Of a stretch of 64,000 bases of DNA, positions 48,584-60,800 are shown piece by piece. Both the position numbers and the translations under genes were made by a program. The stretch is from Chitinophaga pinensis (GTDB lineage Bacteria; Bacteroidota; Bacteroidia; NS11-12g; UBA9320). The DNA is taken from positions 28,345-92,344 of the forward strand of contig CAMDSC010000002.1 of NCBI GenBank assembly GCA_945907065.1, given 5' to 3'. How positions within the stretch are numbered: the stretch's first letter is position 1; each line of letters begins with the position of its first letter. The notes under the pieces are model-generated. The model saw only the letters and a program-made list of their open reading frames with translations, ran no database searches and was not told where the DNA came from.

Positions 48584-49099
48584 TTAGTGTTTCAATTTAA
48601 TTTCGTTGCTTTCTACCACATTGCTTCTATGCAGTTTTCTGTCTATCATTTGACTTATAAATTTTATAGTATCCGGAAATACTCCTGGGTATGGTGATGC
48701 AGGTATTCTTAGATCTAAATTACCGGAAACCATTTTTTTCTTATCACTTAAGTTCAATCTTTGAAATCGTTGATTAAATTGTAAAGTATCTGAACTACCT
48801 GGAACGAGAATACTTTGCCAAACATTATTTTTCTTAATTTTATAGCCAACTAAAAGATTATAAAAGCCATCGCTACCAAAATTAAAAGGAGGAAATGTAT
48901 CTCCAACTGATAAACCCAAATCTCCATCACCATCTTTATAATTTATTGATAAAACTAACATACTATCCTTTCCCTGTATATTTTTGTAAACTGTTACCGA
49001 TTCAAAACCTATTTCAGGCATTTCTGATTCAACTGGATCGGTATTGCACCCAAAAGAAAGCAACATTAATAGTACTGATATATTGAATAATAGTTTCAA
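48584..49099 (-). CDS. Hypothetical lipoprotein
   Basis: TTG 49099 gives MKLLFNISVLLMLLSFGC lipobox; DGDGDLG Ca-loop-like motif. Confidence 0.7.
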   Translation of the reverse strand: MKLLFNISVLLMLLSFGCNTDPVESEMPEIGFESVTVYKNIQGKDSMLVLSINYKDGDGDLGLSVGDTFPPFNFGSDGFYNLLVGYKIKKNNVWQSILVPGSSDTLQFNQRFQRLNLSDKKKMVSGNLDLRIPASPYPGVFPDTIKFISQMIDRKLHRSNVVESNEIKLKH

Positions 49100-50066
49100 A
49101 CAGAGAGTTTTTTTAGCAACCAATACCAATTTTAACGAACTGGCTTTGGAAATATTTTATTACCAGGCCAAATATAATCCCGTTTATTCTAAATTTTTAA
49201 AGTTAATTAATAAACGGCTTGAATACATTTTAGATATTGAAGATATTCCTTATTTACCAATTGATTTTTTTAAAAATCATGCTGTAAGTTGCAATCCTAT
49301 TAACGACAAGACTCCTTTTTTTTCAAGCAGCTCAACCACCGGCCAAGGAGCAAGTCGCCATTATTTACCAGATATTAATCTTTATCATACTGCTTTTACC
49401 AAAAGTTTTGAATTTCAATTTGGCAATATCAAAGACTATACATTTCGTTTTTTATTACCTTCATACATGGAAAGAAGCGGTTCTTCATTGGTTTATATGG
49501 CTGAGAAACTATTAAAAATATCAGGTTCGGGTGGTTTTTATTTAAATAATTTTGCAAAATTGACGGATGATTTAAATGAGGACAAAAAACTGGGACGAAA
49601 AATAATTTTGCTCGGAGTTAGTTTTGCCCTTCTTGATTTTGCAGAACAGTTTTCTTTGGATTTATCAGGTGTTACTATTATGGAAACCGGCGGAATGAAA
49701 GGTCGGCGAAAAGAAATAACACGGCCAGAACTTCACAATTTTTTAAAGCAAAAACTAAATGTAAACCAAATTGCTTCCGAATATGGGATGACGGAGCTTT
49801 TATCACAAGCGTATTCAATTAAGGATGGGATATTTAACTGTCCACCTTGGATGAAGATAAGTATTGGCCAAACCACGGACCCATTGGGGTTAGAAAAAAC
49901 TGGCAAGACTGGCACTTTAAAAATTATTGACTTAGCCAATATTGAGAGTTGTTGTTTTATTAGCACCTCCGATTTGGGGAGAGTTTCCCAAGATGGTTCG
50001 TTTGAAGTTTTGGGAAGATATGATAACAGCGATGTGAGGGGATGCAATCTCCTCACCCCCGAATAA
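49083..50066 (+). CDS. LuxE/PaaK-like acyl-protein synthetase
   Basis: FSSSSTTG, LPSYMER..SSLVYM, METGGMKGRRKE, SEYGMTELLSQAY, RGCNLL; likely TTG start 49083. Confidence 0.85.
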   Translation: MNNSFKQRVFLATNTNFNELALEIFYYQAKYNPVYSKFLKLINKRLEYILDIEDIPYLPIDFFKNHAVSCNPINDKTPFFSSSSTTGQGASRHYLPDINLYHTAFTKSFEFQFGNIKDYTFRFLLPSYMERSGSSLVYMAEKLLKISGSGGFYLNNFAKLTDDLNEDKKLGRKIILLGVSFALLDFAEQFSLDLSGVTIMETGGMKGRRKEITRPELHNFLKQKLNVNQIASEYGMTELLSQAYSIKDGIFNCPPWMKISIGQTTDPLGLEKTGKTGTLKIIDLANIESCCFISTSDLGRVSQDGSFEVLGRYDNSDVRGCNLLTPE

Positions 50067-50132
50067 CTTCAAGATTTTTCATTTTCAAATTTCCAAATTA
50101 TTATCTTTGCACCCTAATCCCCTTAGTGTAAC

Positions 50133-51146
50133 ATGAAATTGCATAACAAGGTAAACAAAGACATTTTAAAACAACAAATTCTGCAATCGGCTGAGCCGCG
50201 AACTACTATTTCTTTTTACAAATATTGGCCTATTGGCAATCCACAAATATTTCGTGATCATATGTATTTATCCCTTGACCCTATTGGGGTACTTGGAAGA
50301 ATATATGTAGCCAAAGAAGGTATAAATGCACAGATAAGTGTACCTACATCTAACCTTCAACTTTTTAAGGAAACTCTTTTTCAGATAACTTTTTTAGAAG
50401 GTGTGAGGCTAAATATAGCTGTGGAGGACAATGGAAAATCGTTTATAAAATTGGGAATAAAAGTAAGGCCAAAAATTGTAGCTGACGGCCTGAACGACCC
50501 CGATTTTAATTCGTGGGATTATGGGCAGCATTTGTCAGCGGAGGATTTCAATAAAAAAATATCAGAACCCGAAACTATTTTGGTAGACATGCGCAACCAT
50601 TACGAAAGTGAGGTTGGGCATTTTGAAAATGCAATAATTCCGGATGTAGATACATTTAAGGAAGAATTGGATTATGTAGTGGATTTATTGGCCGATAAAA
50701 AAGACCAACCGGTGGTGATGTATTGTACCGGAGGAATTCGCTGTGAAAAAGCCAGTGCATGGCTTAAACACAATGGGTTTAAAGATGTGTATCAATTGGA
50801 AGGCGGCATTATAAAATATGCCAAGGATGCTAAAGAACAATCACTTCCAAATAAATTTATAGGCAAAAATTTTGTGTTTGACGAGCGGCTTGGTGAACGA
50901 ATTACCGAGGATATTATCGCCCATTGTCACCAATGCGGAACTTCGTGGGACACTCATGTAAACTGCAAAAATGTTGGCTGTAACTTGCTTTTTTTACAAT
51001 GCCCTATATGTGCTGAAAAATATGATGGATGCTGTTCGGATGAATGTAATACGATTTATCATTTACCTGAAGAAGAACAAAAGGAATATCGCCGAAACAA
51101 AGACAGCGGAATACGAATTTTTTCTAAAGGGAGATTTGGGGGTTAA
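50133..51146 (+). CDS. trhO: Rhodanese-domain tRNA U34 hydroxylase (YceA/TrhO)
   Basis: SFYKY, GRIYVA.EGINAQ, D.RN.YE..VGHF, YCTGGIRCEKAS, L.GGI..Y, FVFDER, Cys-rich tail; TATCTTTG promoter upstream. Confidence 0.92.
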   Translation: MKLHNKVNKDILKQQILQSAEPRTTISFYKYWPIGNPQIFRDHMYLSLDPIGVLGRIYVAKEGINAQISVPTSNLQLFKETLFQITFLEGVRLNIAVEDNGKSFIKLGIKVRPKIVADGLNDPDFNSWDYGQHLSAEDFNKKISEPETILVDMRNHYESEVGHFENAIIPDVDTFKEELDYVVDLLADKKDQPVVMYCTGGIRCEKASAWLKHNGFKDVYQLEGGIIKYAKDAKEQSLPNKFIGKNFVFDERLGERITEDIIAHCHQCGTSWDTHVNCKNVGCNLLFLQCPICAEKYDGCCSDECNTIYHLPEEEQKEYRRNKDSGIRIFSKGRFGG

Positions 51147-51159
51147 TTTTTGGAAATTC

Positions 51160-51831
51160 CTAATTCCTAATCAACCTCCTAATTACTACCAAATGTGACA
51201 GGAAAACTAAAGGAACCACGCAGCCAGGCAACCACACAAACGGGAAATATAAAACAGCAATATTAGGCTGGTCAAAAGCAAATTGCTGAATTGGAAAAGG
51301 GGCTGAAAGAATAGCATTAATAACAATATTCAATAAAAGCCCAAGACAAATAAAATTCCAAATCAGAATTATTTTGGGTGAAAGTTTGTTTTTTACAAAC
51401 CCGAAATACCAAACAAATGGAGCTGTAATACCTGCTATTATATCAAAATTTCGGCCTTCAAAAGTCATCAACTCCGGAATTTTACCTTCCAAAAAAAGTC
51501 CAAACAAAACTAATTCAACAGGAATTCGAATCACATGAAGAAATGTCAATGTTTTAGCATCCAGCTTATCAATAAAAACTTTTCCGTTAGCAGTGATAAA
51601 TAAAAGTGCAATACCAATAAACATTGGGGTAACAGCTAACGCTAACCTTGGCGGCATATTATTAGTAACCGTATAAAATCCTGATACACTTATTACACCA
51701 TGCAACAACAGCCATCCCAAAAGAAGAAGTAAAACAATCCGTGAAGAATTGGCTGCTTTATAAAAAAATAAAACAGTGAGTAGAGTTGTTAGTCCAAAAA
51801 CAATGCTGAGGAATAAAGGTAGATTTTCCAT
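51160..51831 (-). CDS. Hypothetical multi-pass membrane protein
   Basis: 223 aa, about 6-7 TM; H..RIPVE, G.NFDI..G, PFVWLP motifs. Confidence 0.75.
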   Translation of the reverse strand: MENLPLFLSIVFGLTTLLTVLFFYKAANSSRIVLLLLLGWLLLHGVISVSGFYTVTNNMPPRLALAVTPMFIGIALLFITANGKVFIDKLDAKTLTFLHVIRIPVELVLFGLFLEGKIPELMTFEGRNFDIIAGITAPFVWYFGFVKNKLSPKIILIWNFICLGLLLNIVINAILSAPFPIQQFAFDQPNIAVLYFPFVWLPGCVVPLVFLSHLVVIRRLIRN

Positions 51832-51893
51832 AATTCTGTTTTTTAAAGGTTAAACTATTTAACAAATGGATTAGCTAACCCTGATTAATTTAA

Positions 51894-53144
51894 TTACTCC
51901 TCATTCACCACCAGCCTTACCAAATCAATTCGGGCTTCATCAAATTTCAATATTTTAACTTTAAAGCGTTGAATATTTAAGGTTTCTCCTTCCGAAGGAA
52001 TACTGCCATGCTCAGCAATTATATAGCCTGCAAGGGTTTCATAATCGCCATCAGGAATATTAAAAGCGTATTTCTCATTTAAATAATCCACTTCCAATGA
52101 AGCCGATAACTCAAATTCATTTTCAGCAATTTGTTTTTCGGTAATATGGTTATCATCATCGTGCTCATCGTCAATCTCACCCAATATTTCTTCCATAATA
52201 TCTTCTACAGTAATGATACCTGCCGTTCCGCCAAATTCATCCACAACTAGAGCTATACTTTTACGCTTTTTTACAAACTCATTTAGCATTTGTTGAGCCG
52301 AGCGGCTTTCATTGGTAATAAGAATTGGCATTAAAATAGATTTGATAGATTTCGGTTTTTTAAACATATCAATCTGATGGGCATACCCAATAATATTATC
52401 AATAGAATCGCGATAAACCAATATTTTGGAATGGTGCGATTCTAGAAATAAATGTTGAAGACTTTCCATGCTTTCACCTACTTCTAATGCTACAAGGTCG
52501 GTTCTTGGCACAATACAATCTCTCACTTTTACTGTACTAAAATCCAAAGCATTTTTTAAAATCTCAGCATCTACCTCGCTTTTTCTATTGTCTTGCAATG
52601 TTTCTGAAATAAAATGGCCTAAATCAACTTTGGTAAATGCTGGGGCTGTTTCTACAAACACTTGAGATGTAAGCATTCTCAATATTTTTTTTGACATCCA
52701 TATAGTAAACTGAACAATTGGCCAAAGCAAATAATAGAATAATTGAAAAGGGTAAATAAAAATTGAAAGAATAAAATTTGGGTTTATTCTAAACAATGCC
52801 TTTGGCAAAAAATCAGCTGTAAACAAAACTATTATCGTACTAATAATAGTACTTATAAGCAAATTTGCTACTCTAGAATAATGAAAAGGAGTTAAAAAAT
52901 CGTTTAATTGTTTTCCAATAAAAATACCATAAATAACCAATACCACATTATAAGCCACCAATATGGTGCTTATAAACCTAGAAGGGGATTTATAATAATC
53001 AGAAACCAATGCAGCCCATGAACTTCCTTGTTTGCTTTTAAGCTCAATTCTTAATTTATTAGCCGATACAAAAGCAATTTCAAGCCCTGAAAAAAAGGCC
53101 GCCATGGCTAATGAAACGATTATTATTACAATTGGTGTAACCAT
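51894..53144 (-). CDS. CNNM/HlyC-CorC family transporter (hemolysin-like)
   Basis: AFFSGLEIAF, LPK, CBS pair with VVDEFGGTAGIIT.EDI.EEI.GEI.DEHD, CorC tail; start 53144 downstream of TATATTTG (53156-53163). Confidence 0.92.
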   Translation of the reverse strand: MVTPIVIIIVSLAMAAFFSGLEIAFVSANKLRIELKSKQGSSWAALVSDYYKSPSRFISTILVAYNVVLVIYGIFIGKQLNDFLTPFHYSRVANLLISTIISTIIVLFTADFLPKALFRINPNFILSIFIYPFQLFYYLLWPIVQFTIWMSKKILRMLTSQVFVETAPAFTKVDLGHFISETLQDNRKSEVDAEILKNALDFSTVKVRDCIVPRTDLVALEVGESMESLQHLFLESHHSKILVYRDSIDNIIGYAHQIDMFKKPKSIKSILMPILITNESRSAQQMLNEFVKKRKSIALVVDEFGGTAGIITVEDIMEEILGEIDDEHDDDNHITEKQIAENEFELSASLEVDYLNEKYAFNIPDGDYETLAGYIIAEHGSIPSEGETLNIQRFKVKILKFDEARIDLVRLVVNEE

Positions 53145-53229
53145 TATCTTCGCTGCAAATATACTCATTCGTTATATTGCCTTGACAATTTCGTTGTAAA
53201 CACCTTGGTTTGTTGTTAAATTATTTACA

Positions 53230-54787
53230 ATGTCAAATAAAGAAAATTTTCTTACCGAAATAAATACCTCATAAAGTTTCAAGGGTAATTCCATAGTTTT
53301 AGGTGCATCCGTTTTAGATGGTATACCTAATGAAAACAGCTTGGTAAAAGCACCTTTGCAAACCTTTAATTGGCATGGATTAATTGCCGGAGCCACAGGA
53401 ACCGGAAAAACTAAAACACTGCAAATGATAACTGAAAAATTATCATTGAACGGTGTGCCAGCTTTGGTAATGGACATTAAAGGAGATTTGAGCGGAATTT
53501 CGCAGCCAGGAACCTTAAATCCAAAAATAGAAGATCGTATAAAATTATTGGTGAAGATTGGAAACCACGCCAATGCCCTGAGGAATTGTTATCAATTTCA
53601 GATGAGCCGGGTGTAAAATTAAAAGCTACAATTAGTGAATTTGGACCGGTATTACTAAGTAAAATGCTGGAACTTAACGATACCTAAGGCGGGGTAGTTT
53701 CATTAGTTTTTAAATATGCAGATGATAATAAACTTCCGCTTTTAGATATTAAAGACTTTAGAAAAACCCTTCAATTTTTGAGCAATGAGGGAAAAGAAGA
53801 AACCGAAAAAGAATACGGATTGATTAGTACCTCCTCAGTTGGAGCTATTCTTAGAAATTTAATAGCTTTGGAGGAACAAGGTGCTGATGCTTTTTTTGTT
53901 GAACCTACATTTGATGTGGATGACTTACTAAGACTTGACGATAATGGATATGGTTACATAAACGTTTTAAGACTCACAGATATTCAAGGAAAACCAAGAT
54001 TATTTAGCACTTTTATGCTGAGTCTTTTAGATGAAATTTATGAAAGCTTACCTAAAAAAGGGGATATTGAACAACCTGAATTGGTTATTTTTATCGATGA
54101 AGCCCATCTTATTTTTAATGAAGCCTCCAATGCATTACTTGATTAAATTGAAACTATTATTAAGCTTATACGAATCAAAGGGGTTGGCATTTTTTTATAA
54201 CCCAAAATCCGGATGATATTCCTGAATCGGTTTTGGCCCAATTGGGCATGAAAATTCAACATGCTTTAAGAGCTTTTACTGCCAAAGACAGAAAAGCTAT
54301 AAAAATTGCAGCTGAAAATTATCCTCTTTCTGAGTATTATAAAACAGAAGATATCATTACTCAATTAGGAATTGGTGAAGCGTTGATAACGGTTTTAAAT
54401 GAAAATGGGATTCCTACTAGTTTGGTTCATTGCCTGATGAGTCCGCCAAGCACCCGAATGGATGTGATTGCAGAAAAAGAGCAACAATATTTGATTTCGA
54501 AATCAAAAATAATAGACAAGTATAATAAATCCATCGACCGTGAAAGTGCTTATGAATTATTGAACGCCAAGCTTAATGAATTGGATGAAGCTAAAAAAAG
54601 ACAAGAGGATGTAACACAAGAAGAAAAACAAAGCTCGAATGGGAGGAACGAAAAATCTGTATTTGAAACTGTGGCCAATAGTTCTGTTACAAAAACAATA
54701 GTGAGAGAAGTAGCGAGAGGATTATTGGGCATGCTTGGTATTGGAGGAACGCAAAGAAGAACATCCAGAAAAACAGGTTGGTTCTAA
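53230..54787 (+). pseudogene. YjgR/DUF853 HerA-like ATPase pseudogene
   Basis: HGLIAGATGTGKT, D.KGDLSG, FIDEAH, KGVG, QHALRAFT spread over three frames; TAA at 53272, 53685 and 54144; frameshifts near 53550 and 54195. Confidence 0.9.
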
Positions 54788-54820
54788 AATTAATAATAAA
54801 AATTTTACTAATTATTGTAT

Positions 54821-54854
54821 AAAAAAAATCCCGGAAGAATATCTCCCGGGATTT
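54821..54854 (-). terminator. Intrinsic terminator after the giant surface-protein gene
   Basis: AAATCCCGGGAGA-TAT-TCTTCCGGGATTT then T run. Confidence 0.85.
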
Positions 54855-54877
54855 AACATTAGGTATAAGATTACAAT

Positions 54878-57800
54878 TTATTTCTTTACTTCAAATCTTA
54901 AAATAGTGGTTTTACCTGTATCTGTGGAAAGTTTAACAAGATAAATACCAGCTGCAAGGTTATGATTATCAATACTAATTGTAGAGCTAAAACGTTTACC
55001 TTCCATTACTTGACGACCTAACTGATCATAAATAACCATATTAACCATATCTCCCGTGCTCACATCCAAAGTAAAATTATCTGTGCTTGGATTTGGATAT
55101 AAGTTGGCCGCAAAAGCATTTTTTGTAAATGGATTTATTCCTGCAGTTGGAGTAAGGGTAACATTATAATTAGCAGGATTTCCATTACAACCATTTACAC
55201 CTTTTTCTGTTACAGTAACTGTGCCAGTGGCTCCGGTTAAATTCCATTTTACTTGAATCAAACTTGTACCATTATTTTGAACCACACCATTAACCGCCTG
55301 CCAGTTATAAGTAGAACCAGGAGTTGAAGCAACGCTGTAAACTTGGGTACTTCCATTATTAGCTGTAGTTGGTCCGGATATAGTAATAGCCGAAGGATTT
55401 GGCAATACCCTAACAAAATAATAGGCTGAATCCTTGCAAGAGAATGGCGTTGTAACATTTAGTGTTACTTTATAATTGCCAGCCGCAGCATAAGACCTTG
55501 AAGCATTTGGGGTAGATATGGTTGACCCATCTCCCAAATTCCAAAAACTGCTATAGGTTCCTGCTAAAATTGTAGTGTTGGTATAAACATAACTATTACC
55601 ATTTAAGCATTGTGTTTCATTGTTATGAGTAAATTCGGCTATAGGACTTGGATGAACGGTAACTTGTTTTGATATACTATCAATACACCCATCAGCAGAT
55701 ATTACACTTAATCTAAATGTATACGTTCCCGGAGCTGTAAAGTTTTTCACAACATTTATGCCTCCAATACTTGACCCGTCTCCTAAATTCCACACACGTG
55801 TGATTGAACCTTGGCTAATTGATGAAGCATCACTTAACGAAAATAGATGTCCGTTGTAACATTGTGAGTTATTATTAATATTAAAGTTTGCAATAGGTTT
55901 TGGACTTACCATTATAGTGCTCATTGCTGAATCTTTGCAACCGTTATTACCTGTCACAATTAATTTCACATTATAGGCTCCTGAGCTAGCATAATTCTTA
56001 GTTGGATTTGCTGCTGTTGATGTACTTCCATCACCCAAAGCCCAAGCTCTTGTGAATGTTCCGGATGATATTGTTGAATTATCGGTAAAGACAAAATTAT
56101 TACCATTTATACATTGACCAATATCATTAACACTAAATGAAGCTTTAGGTGCAGAAAACACATTCACTGCCTTGGTTACTGAGCTTACACAACCATTAAT
56201 AGATTTTACATTTAATATTACATTGTAAGTTCCAGATGCACTGTAGTTATAAGTTGGATTAAAGCTATTTGAACTACTTCCATCACCAAATTGCCATTGC
56301 GCATCATTTACCCCCGTAGAAGTATTAACAAATACTATGGATTGACCGATACAACGATCCGATGCTGTAAAATTAGCAACAGGATTAGCAAAAATTGTAA
56401 TTGTTCTTGTAATTACTTCTGAGCAGCTATTTGCATTAGTTGCAGTTAATTTTACAGTGTAAGTTCCTGCTGCTGCATATACTTTGGTAGGTGATGCTAT
56501 TGTTGATGTACTTGCATCTCCAAAATCCCATAAATATGTGCTACCTCCAATTGATGTATTGTTAAATGTAACTAACCCCCCTGCACAAACGTTGGTGGCA
56601 TTGAAATTTGGAATTGGTTTAGAATAAACCAACACTGAACTTGTTGCTGAATTTACACAACCTTTATCAGTGGTTACTGTAAGATTTACTGTATAATTTC
56701 CTCCTGAAGCATAGGTGTTGGTTGGATTGGTATTGCTACTAGTATTACCATCACCAAATTTCCATTGATTAGTCATGTTTCCAGCTGAAAGTGATGAGGT
56801 ATTAGTAAACGTTGCCGTTAATCCTACACAGAAACTGGATGGATTAGTAAAGGAAACCGCTGCTCTTGGATGCACTGTAACCGAATTAGTAGTGGTATCT
56901 TTACAACCATTAGGAGAAGTTACTATCAATTTTACACTATAAGTTGATGGACTCGTATATCCTTTTGAAGGATTAGTAGAAGTTGAAGAATTTCCATCTC
57001 CAAAAGTCCATTCATGTCCAACAGCACCTGTTGAGTTACTAGTAAATGAAAGATTATCATTTGTACAGCCATTATTTACAATAAATGAAGCAACCGGTCT
57101 TGGCCAAATAGTAACCGACTTAGTCAATGAATCTTTACAACCATTGCTGCTAACTGATACCAATTTTACGGAATAATTACCAGACACATTGTAAATATTT
57201 GTAGGATTCATAAGTGTGCTTGTATTTGAATTACCAAATGTCCAATTATAGGTTGCCCCATTTGTGGTTGTATTAGTAAAACTCATTAATCCACCGCGAC
57301 AAATTGGATCAGGAGCGGCAGTAAACGAAACTGAAGGACGAGGATAAACTGTAATTGTTTTGGTTACAGAATCTTTGCAACTGTTCACAGAAGTTACTAC
57401 AAGTTTGACGCTATAAGTATTTGCGCTTGCATAAGTATACGTTGGTGAAGTAGCAGCACTTGATTTGCCATCACCAAATTGCCAAACATAAGCATTAGCG
57501 CCGGTTGATTGGTTTGTAAAGCTTACTGCGGTGCCTAAACATTGGTTTGCTGCAGTAAATGCAGGCACAGGCTTAGCATAAATAACAATTGTATTTGTAA
57601 CAGAATCTTTACAGCCAAAAGTATTAGTAACTACAAGTTTTACATTATAATTTCCTGCAGCCGTGTAAGTTTTTGATGGACTACCAACCGTTGAAGTTGT
57701 TGCATCACCAAAATTCCAAGTATTTAAAGAAGCTCCTGTACTTGTATTATTAAAGGTTATACTATTTCCTAAACAAGCATTACTACCCGTAAATAAGGCT

Positions 57801-60800
57801 TTTGGCGAACTATTAACTGTATATGATTTTGCAACTGAATTAACGCAACCGTTGGAAGAAGTTGAAGTTAGTGAAACAGTATAAGTTCCCGCTGTAGGAT
57901 AGGTATAGGTAGGATTGGTTGCAGTAGAACTATTTCCATTTCCAAAATTCCAAGAATAGGTACTTGCACCTGTTGAAGTATTTGTAAAAGTACTTAAAAA
58001 TCCATTACAAACATTGGCAGTAGTAAAGTTGGCCACAGGATTCGGATAAATGGTTACAGTATTTGCTACTGAATCTAAACATCCATTACTAGAGGTAACT
58101 TTCAATTTAACACTATAAGTATTTGCACTGGCATAGCTATTACTTGGATTAACATTTGAAGAAGTATTACCATCACCAAAATTCCAAGAGTAACTAACGG
58201 CTCCGCTCGATGAGTTATTAAAGTTAGTGGTTGTTCCTATACAATTATTGGATACAGAAAAAACTGCTTTTGGTTTACTAAATACATTAATTGATTTAAC
58301 TAATGAGTCTTTACAACCAAAACTAGATGTGGCTACTAACTTAGCGTTATAAGTAGCGGCAACTGAATAGGTTTTAGTAAATGTTGAACTTGTTGTTGCA
58401 CTCGTTGTACCATCGCCAAACGACCATGCCAATGAAGCATAATTGGTAGAATTATTTGTGAATGATGTAGCTTCAGGAAAACAATTATTTGTTGCTGTAA
58501 AGCTTGGTGTTGATTTAATATTAAATGCAACCGTTTTAGTTATTGAATCTTTAAATCCTCCTGGTAATGAAATTTTAAATTTAACATTATACGTTCCTGG
58601 GGAGTTATAGCGTTTACGAGCATTTTGGACATTAGACTTGGTTCCATCACCAAAATCCCAACTATATACAAGACCTGAACCAGCACCGCATGCATATACT
58701 GTATTATCAGTAAATATTGCAGAATCTCCTTGGCATTTTAATACAAAAGTGAACGAAGGTAAAGGTGTAGTTGCTACTATAACTGATTTTGTTAAAGAAT
58801 CCTTACATCCCAAGTTACTAGTACCAACTAAGGTAACGTTATAGGTACCACTTGATGAATATGTTTTATTAGGAACACTTGAGGTACTTGTTCCACCATC
58901 GCCAAATTTCCACAAATACGATAAAGTACCCGAAGATATATTTGAAGTATTGGATAAAGGCATTGGATCATTAAAACAATGGTTTGAAGCCGTAAACACA
59001 ATATTTGGTTTTGCAAGAGTCCTTATTTTTAATGCATTACTTGTTCCATTTGGGCAACCTGTATTGCCAGCTAATCTTTGGAAATAAGTTAATCCTGAAA
59101 CTGCAGGTGATGAATAATTCGATGATGTAGCTCCACTTATGTTATTCCAATTTATACTATCGGTAGAGGACTGCCATTGGAATGTATAACTTCCTGGACC
59201 TCCTGATGGAGCGGAAATTTGTGTAAATCCAGCTGGGGTGTATCCTGCACAAACAGTTTGTCCACTTCCTATTGTTCCTCCTGTAATTGGTGAAAATAAT
59301 TTTATTTTAATACCATTTGTTCCAGCGGTAGGACATGAGCCTGAAGTAACAAGTGAACGGTAATAAGTTACACTTGTAACATTGGTTGGAGTAAAGGTAG
59401 CTCCTGTTTGTCCCGTGATATTACTCCATGTAGATGAATCAGTTGATTGCTGCCATTGATACGTATAGGTTCCAAAAGCTCCTGTTGGTGTTGTAATAAA
59501 ACTTAATGCAGAGCCTGTTCCATTAAAACAAATGGTTTGGGGGGAACCAATAGTGCCTGCAGATAATACAGCACCACACTTAATTCTAACGATATTACTA
59601 AATGATGGCCCACAACCAACAGTTGTTTTTACAGATCTACGATACCATCTATTTGATGTAAGTGTGCCTGGTTGATAATCTATACCAGTTGCTCCACTAA
59701 TATCAGTATATGTTGTACTATCGGTAGAAGATTGCCACTGATAATTATATGAGCCAATACTTCCTGATGCAGCTGAAGAGTTGGTAATTAATGATGGGGC
59801 TGTATTAAAACAAATGGTTTGGTTACTTCCTATTACACCAGCATTGAGATTGGTTAATATTGATACCGCTCGTGATCCGCTATCTATACAACCATTATTG
59901 GATGTTGAAATAATTTTGACAGTATAAGTGCTACCTGCAGTAGCATAAGTACGATTTACAGAGTTACCTGTTCCTGTTCCTCCATCACCAAAACGCCATA
60001 AGTTAGCTGTTATTGTTCCTCCTGATACCGTAGATGTTGAAACAAACTTTACGGCGTTTCCAGCACATGTATCGCTATATGTAAATGTAGGTTTAGGTAA
60101 AGGATTCATATTCATCGTAATTGTTGATGAATCATTCATTCTTACATCCTCATTCGATAAATTGGAAAATGATTTTACGGTATATGTTCCACCTAATGAC
60201 GAGTTAAATGTTCCAGTAAAAGTATATGAAGCTGTTGCATTAGAAGCAAGAGGACCAGTAAATACTTCTGAAATATTTAATGTAGCTCCACCACTAACTA
60301 CTAATCTCACAGGAATATTGCTTTGACTTTGTAAGCCAAAATTCTTTAAGGTTACAGTTATAGCAGTTGCCGGTTTTCCACATGTATTATTTACTGAGGT
60401 AATGGCACTAACCCCAACATCATTTTGGAAAGCTTCGCTTGAGCCAATTGTAGGAGTGGTGGCATTTCTCAACAAATTTGTAAAGTCAGTTGTAATTCCT
60501 GATATTGGAATAGCTTTACCATAAATCATTCCAGCTTCAGTATTAGCTCCTTTCAAGTTAAGATTACCAATAGCAGTATTTTGGAATAAATTAGCTGGAT
60601 TAATTTCGCCAGTTGAAGTACCAGAAGAAATATTTAAGGAGTTTATATCACAATTTGAATTAAGTTTCCAATCGCTAAAATTATAATCAGAAATATTCCA
60701 TAGCCCTATTGGATTGCCTGAAGTGTTGCTTAACAAATTAAAATTACTTGCATTTGGCTGCCATCCTGTTTGAAAGGTTGTAATAACATTTTGGTTTCCA

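Noticed and set aside
49083-50066. Bioluminescence (lux) locus
   Set aside because: Only a LuxE-like gene is present; such homologs occur in non-luminous Bacteroidota
51868-51881. Near-palindrome GGATTAGCTAACCC upstream of the membrane protein gene
   Set aside because: Short, single copy, no regulator nearby; cannot be distinguished from chance
53172-53573. 133-aa minus-strand ORF apparently filling an intergenic gap
   Set aside because: Antisense shadow of the YjgR pseudogene Walker A region
29417-54787. In-frame stops in two genes as evidence of stop-codon reassignment or programmed recoding
   Set aside because: The stops replace different expected residues (Tyr, Gln, Gln, Trp), co-occur with frameshifts, and TAA/TAG terminate normal genes throughout the window
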